The notes under the pieces are model-generated. The model saw nothing but the letters and a program-made list of their open reading frames with translations. It was not told the origin of the DNA and searched no databases. This document shows, in pieces, positions 38,096-46,720 of a stretch of DNA of 64,000 nt (the first letter of the stretch is position 1; each line of letters begins with the position of its first letter). The position numbers and the translations under genes were made by a program. Source of the stretch: Clostridium sp. (lineage in GTDB: Bacteria; Bacillota; Clostridia; Clostridiales; Clostridiaceae); the NCBI RefSeq assembly GCF_050717535.1, contig NZ_JBOITM010000084.1:1067-65066 (forward strand), given 5' to 3'.

Positions 38096-39400
38096 ATGAA
38101 AAAATCAAATCAAATACTAATAATCATATGCATCTTTATAGCCTCCATTATCAGTACATTAATTATCAATATCCAAGGTGATAATTATCAAATAAGCAAA
38201 AATGAGGGTATTAAAAAGCAAGAGATTAAAGATCTAGAGGTTAAAGAGAATTTAACTGTAAATAAAAATCTAGAATATGATGTTGCAAACATTGTAGCGG
38301 TAGGCGATATAATAATTCATGAGGATCAGTTAAAAGCACAATTAGATGAGGCTACAGGAGAGTATAATTTCTACAATAATTTTAAATATGTAAAATCACA
38401 TATAATTTCAGGCGATATTGCTTTAGCAAATTTAGAAACCACTTTAGCTGGAGAAAACCAGAAGTATACAGGATATCCTAGTTTTAATTCTCCAAGTAGC
38501 ATAGCAGATGCAATGGTAGACAGTGGCTTTGATATTTTATCTATAGTTAATAATCATACTATAGATAGGGGTAGTGCGGGGGTTTTTAGCACTATGTCAG
38601 AACTTCAAAAGAGAAATATTAAAGAAATTGGAGCAAGGGAAAGTGTAGATAAAAAGCCTTACCTAATACAAGAGGTTAAAGGCATAAAAATGGGATTTAT
38701 AAGCTATAGTTATGAAACACCAAGAAAGGGAGAAAGGAAGACACTAAACGCAATAGAAATACCTAGTGACGTTGTAAATTTATTAAATACGTTTAGTTAT
38801 GAACATATTGATGAGGATTTAAATAAAATAAAAACACAAATTGATGAAATGAAAAGTCAAGGCGCACAAGCAATTATCTTCTTTATTCATTGGGGTAATG
38901 AATATGAGAGAGTGCCCAATGTGCATCAAAAGAGTATTGCAAGGTCACTATGTGATTATGGGGTAGATGTTATTTTAGGAAGTCATCCACATGTTGTTCA
39001 ACCTATGGAATTTATAACCTCAGAAAAAACAGGTAAAAGATCTTTGGTGGTTTACTCAATGGGGAATTTTATTTCCAATCAGCAATATGAGAGAACTAAT
39101 AATAGATACACGGAGGATGGGGTTATTGTAAATATAGAAATTAAGAAGAGTAAGTTATCTAATGATATTACAATAAGTGAGGTGTCGTATATACCTACTT
39201 GGGTGCATAGATATACTGATAATAATAAGTTTGTTTATGAAGTTTTACCGTTAACTGATGCATTAGCAAGCAAAGGGAAATATAATCTTAATGAGAGTGG
39301 GTCGGTATGGAGAGCTGAAAATTCTGAGAAGAGTACCCGAATGCTAATGGGGGGCAGTAATGAAATAATAGAGGCAGGTGTAAAAGCAGTTATGAATTAA
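38096..39400 (+). CDS. CapA (poly-gamma-glutamate synthesis) family metallophosphatase-like protein
   Basis: AVGDIIIH, NLET, NNH..D.G, IHWG.EY, GSHPHV, YSMGNF motifs; N-terminal TM. Confidence 0.92.
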   Translation: MKKSNQILIIICIFIASIISTLIINIQGDNYQISKNEGIKKQEIKDLEVKENLTVNKNLEYDVANIVAVGDIIIHEDQLKAQLDEATGEYNFYNNFKYVKSHIISGDIALANLETTLAGENQKYTGYPSFNSPSSIADAMVDSGFDILSIVNNHTIDRGSAGVFSTMSELQKRNIKEIGARESVDKKPYLIQEVKGIKMGFISYSYETPRKGERKTLNAIEIPSDVVNLLNTFSYEHIDEDLNKIKTQIDEMKSQGAQAIIFFIHWGNEYERVPNVHQKSIARSLCDYGVDVILGSHPHVVQPMEFITSEKTGKRSLVVYSMGNFISNQQYERTNNRYTEDGVIVNIEIKKSKLSNDITISEVSYIPTWVHRYTDNNKFVYEVLPLTDALASKGKYNLNESGSVWRAENSEKSTRMLMGGSNEIIEAGVKAVMN

Positions 39401-39670
39401 ATCATCATATTATGATTAGATGTTAAGTTAATTGCATAGGTGGAATTATTTATTTGATTATTTTATACATTATATTAAGGTGATTTACAAAAAAATATGC
39501 ATAATAAGGTTGAATACTTGCAATTATAAACTATAATTAAAAGTGAGAATATCAATATAGCATGTAACATTGAAATTTGTGCTTGCTTAGAAATAAACAT
39601 ATGTCTTAGGATATAAAAATAAATGTAGTTAACATTGATATTTGAATAATTCTAATTGGGAGGAAATATA

Positions 39671-40534
39671 ATGACTATTTTAACACGAAATGATATCTGT
39701 TGGTGTGGCAGTGGTAAAAAATATAAAAAATGTCACATGGATCAGGATATATTTATAAGTAATATAGAGAAAAAAGTAGGTTATAAAATACCGAGGGACA
39801 TCATGAAAACAGAGGAACAAATAGATGGTATTAGAAAAAGTTGTAAACTAACGCATGATGTAATTGACATGGTTTCTGAGAGAATAAAAGTTGGAGTAAC
39901 TACTAATGAAATAAATACTTGGGTGCATGAGTATACTGTTGAGCATAATGCATATCCAGCACCACTAGGCTATGGTGGTTTTCCTAAGAGTGTATGTACG
40001 TCAATAAATAATGTAATATGCCATGGTATACCTGATGACACGGTTTTAAAAGACGGCGATATAGTTAATGTAGATGTGACTTGCATACTAGATGGCTATT
40101 ATGGGGATGCCAGTAGAATGTTTATAATAGGAGAAGCTTCTAAAGAAGCAATAGATTTAGTCCGTGTATCAAAGGAATGCCTAGAACTCGGCATGCAGCA
40201 GGTAAAACCTTACAATACTCTTGGAGATATAGGGAATGCTATCCAAGAGCATGCAGAGAGCCTTGGATATTCTGTGGTATATGATTATGGCGGCCATGGA
40301 GTTGGGGTTGAGTTTCATGAAGACCCTTTTGTAGCTCATATAGGCAAAAGGAGAGAAGGTATGATAATATTACCTAATATGACCTTTACCATTGAGCCCA
40401 TGATCAATATTGGAAGTCCAGAAACTGATGTACTTGAAGATGATTGGACAGCAGTTACAACAGATGGATCATTATCATCTCAATGGGAACATACCATACT
40501 TGTTACTGAAACCGGGTATGAAATACTAACATAA
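39671..40534 (+). CDS. map: Type I methionine aminopeptidase with N-terminal SEC-C zinc motif
   Basis: [17 protein letters not shown]; S.N..ICHGIP, DVT...DGYYGD, GHG.G..FHE, FTIEP, QWEHT motifs. Confidence 0.95.
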   Translation: MTILTRNDICWCGSGKKYKKCHMDQDIFISNIEKKVGYKIPRDIMKTEEQIDGIRKSCKLTHDVIDMVSERIKVGVTTNEINTWVHEYTVEHNAYPAPLGYGGFPKSVCTSINNVICHGIPDDTVLKDGDIVNVDVTCILDGYYGDASRMFIIGEASKEAIDLVRVSKECLELGMQQVKPYNTLGDIGNAIQEHAESLGYSVVYDYGGHGVGVEFHEDPFVAHIGKRREGMIILPNMTFTIEPMINIGSPETDVLEDDWTAVTTDGSLSSQWEHTILVTETGYEILT

Positions 40535-40543
40535 CTCAGTATT

Positions 40544-40587
40544 ATATACTAAAAACACCTCCATTAGTGGGGGTGTTTTTAGTATAT
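40544..40587. terminator. Intrinsic terminator after map
   Basis: atatactaaaaacacctcca / tgggggtgtttttagtatat. Confidence 0.85.
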
Positions 40588-41068
40588 TTATGAGAGCTGA
40601 ATTTTTTATATAAAAAAACTATTCTACTTTTATAAAGTAGGTAATTTCATCTATGGGTATAGGTTCTTTTTTCCAAATTTTATAATAAGCAAAGTGTATT
40701 TTGCATTCACCGCATTTTAAAGGCTTGAACTTCCCAATAATCTGATGATGGCCACCTAGTATATTTATAATTCTTACTATTGTCTCTTTAATATTTTTTT
40801 TATTCATGTAACAATATCATTGTAAATGTTGTTTTAGTATTGATATTTGACGTTATATAATAAAAAAAGATAAAGCATATATTACTTTGGTATAATGATA
40901 GATAAGTACAAATTTTAAAGGCATTATAAAATATTGAAAAAATAGAATATTTTTATTTAAATTTATAATAATATACAAGAAATATGGTTTATTTATATTA
41001 GCTTAGTTTATTAAGTGTATTTTTAGAATTAATGTAAATATTTAATTGATATTGAGGAAGTGATTGAA

Positions 41069-44000
41069 ATGGAGATTATTAATAATAGGTATAGAGTAGT
41101 AAAATGTATAAAACAAAACAGAGTAGTTTCCAGTTATGCAGTTAATGACATAATAAAAAATTATGATACTATACAATTAAATATTCTTAATTCAGAATAT
41201 TTACAAAAGGGATTAATAGAATTCTATACAAAAGAGTTTATGAGTTTAACTAACCTATCCTGTGAAAATATGATATCAGTGTATGATTTTAATTTGGTTA
41301 ATCTTTTAGATAATAAAAAATTAAATGATAAAGTGTATTTTTACACAAATGAATACCTTCAAAATAACACTAGTATTTTAGATATTGTAGGGGACATGCA
41401 AAGTGAAGAATTATTAGATTTATTTATAGAGATTTGCCAAAGTATAAATTATATTCATTTAAAGGGTTTTATTTATGGAAATATAAATTTATCTAATATT
41501 ATAGTTTCAAATACGGTTTTTAATAAAAAAATTTCTATTAAATTTAAAGATTTTGCTACAGTTGAACTTGAAAAGCAGGAGTTTTGGAAGGACGAAAATA
41601 AGGTGGATTATTTTAAGGCACCAGAAATATCAAAAGGGGAAATATGTAGTGTTTTTAGCGATATATATTCTCTAGGAGTATTATTATTTGTTATGTATAT
41701 GAAAAGTAAAGATTATAATATCTCCATTAATGATGAAATTAAATCTTTCGATGATGTAAAACTTGAAGAAATATTCAATAGTAATGAGGATTTCAATGTG
41801 GATTTTAAAAATATTATTGAAAAAATGACCTATAGTGATGCTGATAAAAGATATAGAAGTATTTCAGAATTAGTAATGGATATAAATATGATTTTTAATA
41901 AACAGTATGTACCGCATAGAAAAAAAGAAATAGAAAAATTGAACTTTAATTTGAAAATGATAGGCAGAGATGAAGAAGTTAATAAAATTATGGATATTTA
42001 CGAATCTATTAAAAATAAAAACAATTATAATTCTACTATTTTAATCCATGGAGAATCAGGTATTGGTAAAACTCGTTTTCTTGATTCACTAAAATATCTC
42101 TTTTCTTTAAAAAAAGTAAATGCTTATAGCAGTTTTACTCTAGATGCATCTACTAAAGATAGTAATAAGGCTTTTATAGATATATTAAAGCAATTTATTT
42201 CTGAATGCCAAGGAGAAGTGTTAGAAAGATATGAGTCGGAATTAGTTAAATTCCTACCTGAACTTGGTGGTAAAAAAAACATAATTCCATCTGAATCATT
42301 AAGTGGTGATAAAGAAAAATTTAGACTTATACATTCCGCAATGGGATTTATAGAAGAGTGTATAAACAGTAAACCTATAGTTATAATTATTGATAATTTT
42401 CACCTAGCGGATGATTTTACTATAGAACTAATGGAATATATTATAAGGAAAAAATCACCTAATAAAAATATAATGACCATATTATCCTATTGTGATGGAG
42501 AATGTTTAGTAAATAAGAAATTTATAGAATTTACAAAAAATATATCACACAATAGTGGTGAAACTAATATTTTTTTAAAAGAACTAGGTGAAAAAGAAGT
42601 AGGTGAGATGATTCAAAATATTTTATGTATGCCTGAAATACCCTATAAGTTTACAGATAGTATATATGAAAAGACAAAGGGAAATCCGTTATTTGTGCAA
42701 GAAATTATAAAGAGCTTTTTTAATGAAAAGTATATTTATGTAGATAGTGAAGATGGATGCTGGAGTAGGGATTGTGAATATTCTAAATTTATAGTGCCTA
42801 CAGATATGCATGGAGTATTATTAAATCAAGTTAAAGAAATGGAAGAAACAAATTACAATATTTTAACAGTAATATCTATATTTAATAGCGCTGTTTCTTT
42901 AGAAATAATTAAGAGCTTTATTAAAAATGAGAATAATGATTTAGAGAAAGCTATCGAAGGGCTTATTTCCTCGGGAATATTATGCAAAAAAATTGAGGAC
43001 AGAGGATTTGTATTTGATTTTTACAATAAATTTCTTAAAAGCCTTATGTATGAGAAAATTAGGCTTGAAGATAGAAAAGTTATGCATAGATTAGCCTCAG
43101 TAGCACTTGAAAATCAATATAAAAAGGGTGGAACAGAATATGTTTATGAACTAATTTATCATTTAGAAAAATCTAATCAAGAGGGAAAGATTATTGATTA
43201 TTGCATTGAAAATGCTGAAAAAATGAAACTTCTAAAAAATAGAAGTGATGCAATAAAAAATTTAACTAAAGCTGAATCTATTTTAGACTATTCTTTTGAT
43301 TCGATTAAAAATATAAAGCTCATTATGGATCTTGCTAATTTACACGAACAAGAAGGTCATATTGATTTAGCTATAAAATACTATTTATCAATAGGAAAGT
43401 ATAAGCAGCATGCTGCGCTACATAAGTACATAATAGATAGCTTAATTAAAGTAGCAAAAGTATATCTAAATAAAAATGATATAGAAAGTACTGTATATTA
43501 TATTGAAGAAATTAAGGTTATGCTTTCCAAAGTAGATTATGTTTCAGGGATGCTTAGATGTGAAGGAATCCTAGCTGCTGTATATGACATAAAGCAGGAT
43601 TATAAAAGTGTACAAACTATATGTAACACTTGTTTAGAGCTTTGCACTGGGGAATATGAAGAACTGAAAACTAAATTTTATAACTATAAGGGCTTATATT
43701 ATTTAAGAAGTGGTAGAGCTGACAAAGCATTAGCGATTTTTGAAGAAAATATAGAGGTATGTAGTAAATATAATAATATTAGGGGCATAATAAAATCTTT
43801 AAATAGAATAGGTGTTATTTATGGAGATTACTATCAAGATGATAATAAAGCCATAAAATATTTTATAAAGATGAAGGATATCTGTGAAAAAAATAATATG
43901 AGCTCAGAGGTGGTACTTGCTTTAATAAATATAGGTGCTACATATTTTTCAATGGGAAAGTATGAAATATCCTTACAGTATTTTATAGAGACACTAGAAA

Positions 44001-46519
44001 CATGCAAAAAGTATGATGATGAATTCCATGTGTTTTATTGTTATAGTTCAATTTCTAGTGCAAATTTGAAATTAGGTTATTATGATAATGCATATAAATA
44101 TTATGAACTTTGCCTTAAAGAGTTAGAGAATTATCCTAACCAAGGAAAAGAAATAGGTGAATTTTACTTTGTAGCTTCCCAGATTAATTATAAATTTGGG
44201 GATTTGAACAAGGCCCAATTTTATATAAATAAAACATTAGATATATATGATCATGATGAATGTATTTTTAAATGGAACGCACAGGTTTTAAATGAATATA
44301 TAAAATTTCATTTAGAAAAAAATGATGCAAAATTAATTGAAAGTCTTGAAAACATTATAACTATTGTTGATAAAATAGCCTCATTGACTAGCAAACTTAA
44401 TATTTTCTACGAGGTTGCAATTTATTTATATGAAAATGATAAAAAAGAATATGCATCTGTTTTTCTTAGTGAAATTAAAAATATTGATATTGACTTAAAA
44501 GACAATAGATTGTATGTTAAAAAACTTTATCTTGGTGGTTTAATTGAAAAAAAGAAGAACATTAAAATTTTCAGTGAAGCCTTGAAATATTCGAAAAAAT
44601 ATAAAGAAGTTGATGTATATTGGAGAATATACTCTTCAATGGGTGATTATTATTTTGATAAAAAAGATTATTTATATGCGGTAATTTATTATTTTGAGGC
44701 CTGTGGAATATTAAAGGATATAATTTTTAAATTACCAGCAGAATATAGATTGACTTATGTTAAGTTAAATAATGCCTTGAAGCCTTTCAATAAATTTTTA
44801 ATTATTAATAATCATTATAAGCAAAATAAAGATAGTTCGATGTTAGAATTTGAACCCGTTAATGTAAGTGATGAAGGTGGGTTATTAGATTTATTAGAGA
44901 GAGTAAATCATAAAGACATTTTAAAAAATAAGAATTTTATAAAATCTATAAAAAAGATATATTCATCTTCCCTTCACGAAGATATCCATGACATAAGTGA
45001 TGTGCTAGAAAATTTACAAGGTGATAATTCTAAAAACTTGGAACTTATACTGGATTATTTATGCTATACAACACTAGCAACAAGGGGAACTATTATTATA
45101 AATGGTGATGACAATGATAAAGAATATAAAGTTATTGCATCTAGTGATAGAAGATATGAGCTTCCACAAGACCAAGAAGGATTATCTAAAATTCTAAGTG
45201 TGCAGACACCAGTTCTAGTAACGGACTATTCTCTAGAGAGAAATATAAATGGAGATATAAATAATATTCATAATACTTTAAAAGCTTTTATTTGTATTCC
45301 CATTGTTATGGAAAATGCCAATGAAAAAGGGTTTATTAAAAATGAAAGAAGAAAAAACATTCAGGATAGTAAGCATGTAATTGGATATATATATATAGAA
45401 TCACAAAGGGAATTAAATAATATTAATAAGGATAGCATGAAAAAATGTATGGAGCTTAGCAAAATTATAGGTATAATAATTGAAAAATACAAGTTTAAAT
45501 TAAGTGCGTCTATTGATAAATTGACAGGAACTCTTACTAGAAAATATCTAGAGGAGGCTTTAGGCGAACAAATTGAAGCATCCAGCCAAATAAGTAGTGA
45601 ATTTTCTCTTATTATGTATGATTTAGATCATTTTAAATTAGTAAATGATAAGTTTGGACATCGCACAGGAGATTATGTATTAAAAAGGGTTTGCGATGTT
45701 GTTATGAGTAATTTAAGAGAAACTGATATTGTAGGTAGATATGGTGGGGAAGAGTTTATTGTTATTCTTCCAGGGACAGGTATTTGTGATGCCCAGCTTA
45801 TAGCTGAAAAACTACGATGTAAAATAGAAGAAGAAAAAATACTAGACAATAGACGAGATGTCACTGTAAGTTTGGGGGTTGCTACCTATCCACTTCATGG
45901 TGAGTGGCAAGAGGAATTAGTTGAGCGAGTTGATCAAGCCTTATATGTGGCAAAGGAACAAGGAAGAAATAGGTATGCTATTTGGAATAGTGAATTCTCT
46001 AAAAAAGCTAAAAGAACAGATAAGCTTACTGGAATAATATCTGGCAATGCAATTCAAGATCATAGAAATGTACTTGCCATGATAGAATTAATTGAGCTTA
46101 TAAATATAAAGGGTGAAAGAGAAGATAAAATATATAGTTTACTTGGAAGAATTATTGAAATCACAGAGGCGCAAAAGGGCACTTTGTTCATTATGGACAG
46201 TGAAAAAATCAAAGATAAATATTCAAGAGTGATTTTCAGAAATGAGTGGATGGATGTAGATACCTATAATGAAAAAATAATAAAATCTGTAGTTAATAGT
46301 AAACAGGGAGTATGCAAGATAGATTGGGATACAATAATTGAGTATGATACAGTTACAGGTGTTCCAAATTGGCAGTCGGTTATGGCTATTCCACTAATTC
46401 AAGATGAAGTAGTAAAAGGAGTATTATATTTAACAGAATCTACGGTGACAAAAGAGTTTGGTTTTGAGGACTTTAACTTTGTGAATACTTTGGGAAAGAT
46501 AATAGTTCAAATACTATAG
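41069..46519 (+). CDS. Multidomain diguanylate cyclase: pseudokinase - STAND/AAA NTPase - TPR-like repeats - GAF - GGDEF - GAF
   Basis: Kinase fold with YGNINLSN replacing HRDLKPSN, plus DFA, APE, SDIYSLG; GESGIGKT and IIIDNFH; KGNPLF; long helical repeats; RETD..GRYGGEEF; GVLYL GAF tail. Confidence 0.9.
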   Translation: MEIINNRYRVVKCIKQNRVVSSYAVNDIIKNYDTIQLNILNSEYLQKGLIEFYTKEFMSLTNLSCENMISVYDFNLVNLLDNKKLNDKVYFYTNEYLQNNTSILDIVGDMQSEELLDLFIEICQSINYIHLKGFIYGNINLSNIIVSNTVFNKKISIKFKDFATVELEKQEFWKDENKVDYFKAPEISKGEICSVFSDIYSLGVLLFVMYMKSKDYNISINDEIKSFDDVKLEEIFNSNEDFNVDFKNIIEKMTYSDADKRYRSISELVMDINMIFNKQYVPHRKKEIEKLNFNLKMIGRDEEVNKIMDIYESIKNKNNYNSTILIHGESGIGKTRFLDSLKYLFSLKKVNAYSSFTLDASTKDSNKAFIDILKQFISECQGEVLERYESELVKFLPELGGKKNIIPSESLSGDKEKFRLIHSAMGFIEECINSKPIVIIIDNFHLADDFTIELMEYIIRKKSPNKNIMTILSYCDGECLVNKKFIEFTKNISHNSGETNIFLKELGEKEVGEMIQNILCMPEIPYKFTDSIYEKTKGNPLFVQEIIKSFFNEKYIYVDSEDGCWSRDCEYSKFIVPTDMHGVLLNQVKEMEETNYNILTVISIFNSAVSLEIIKSFIKNENNDLEKAIEGLISSGILCKKIEDRGFVFDFYNKFLKSLMYEKIRLEDRKVMHRLASVALENQYKKGGTEYVYELIYHLEKSNQEGKIIDYCIENAEKMKLLKNRSDAIKNLTKAESILDYSFDSIKNIKLIMDLANLHEQEGHIDLAIKYYLSIGKYKQHAALHKYIIDSLIKVAKVYLNKNDIESTVYYIEEIKVMLSKVDYVSGMLRCEGILAAVYDIKQDYKSVQTICNTCLELCTGEYEELKTKFYNYKGLYYLRSGRADKALAIFEENIEVCSKYNNIRGIIKSLNRIGVIYGDYYQDDNKAIKYFIKMKDICEKNNMSSEVVLALINIGATYFSMGKYEISLQYFIETLETCKKYDDEFHVFYCYSSISSANLKLGYYDNAYKYYELCLKELENYPNQGKEIGEFYFVASQINYKFGDLNKAQFYINKTLDIYDHDECIFKWNAQVLNEYIKFHLEKNDAKLIESLENIITIVDKIASLTSKLNIFYEVAIYLYENDKKEYASVFLSEIKNIDIDLKDNRLYVKKLYLGGLIEKKKNIKIFSEALKYSKKYKEVDVYWRIYSSMGDYYFDKKDYLYAVIYYFEACGILKDIIFKLPAEYRLTYVKLNNALKPFNKFLIINNHYKQNKDSSMLEFEPVNVSDEGGLLDLLERVNHKDILKNKNFIKSIKKIYSSSLHEDIHDISDVLENLQGDNSKNLELILDYLCYTTLATRGTIIINGDDNDKEYKVIASSDRRYELPQDQEGLSKILSVQTPVLVTDYSLERNINGDINNIHNTLKAFICIPIVMENANEKGFIKNERRKNIQDSKHVIGYIYIESQRELNNINKDSMKKCMELSKIIGIIIEKYKFKLSASIDKLTGTLTRKYLEEALGEQIEASSQISSEFSLIMYDLDHFKLVNDKFGHRTGDYVLKRVCDVVMSNLRETDIVGRYGGEEFIVILPGTGICDAQLIAEKLRCKIEEEKILDNRRDVTVSLGVATYPLHGEWQEELVERVDQALYVAKEQGRNRYAIWNSEFSKKAKRTDKLTGIISGNAIQDHRNVLAMIELIELINIKGEREDKIYSLLGRIIEITEAQKGTLFIMDSEKIKDKYSRVIFRNEWMDVDTYNEKIIKSVVNSKQGVCKIDWDTIIEYDTVTGVPNWQSVMAIPLIQDEVVKGVLYLTESTVTKEFGFEDFNFVNTLGKIIVQIL

Positions 46520-46616
46520 TATAGACAGGATAAAAATGAGGAAACATACACATATGAAAGGATTTATGTTGTTAGCAGTATGGAATAAAGTGGTGTATAA
46601 TGAATATTAAATACTA

Positions 46617-46650
46617 GGTGCCACGCACCTTGACGTGGCAAGTGTCAAGT
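46617..46650 (+). repeat. GC-rich REP-like palindromic repeat, copy 1
   Basis: ggtgccacg-caccttga-cgtggcaagtgtcaagt; 7-bp stem tgccacg/cgtggca. Confidence 0.7.
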
Positions 46651-46720
46651 TCAAGTTTTCGGGAGATGGAACATTACATAAGTGTTTCAAATTTTCAAAG
46701 GAAATATAAGGAGGACAAAA

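Noticed and set aside
40619-40807. 62-aa minus-strand ORF with CxxC between map and the giant DGC
   Set aside because: No RBS, no recognisable family, and low-complexity AT-rich context; not supportable as a CDS.
41069-46519. Calling the giant protein an active Ser/Thr kinase or a known Avs antiphage system
   Set aside because: Catalytic Lys, HRD Asp and Gly loop are missing; the output domain is a C-terminal GGDEF, not an N-terminal nuclease/TIR/Sir2 effector, and the neighbours are housekeeping genes.
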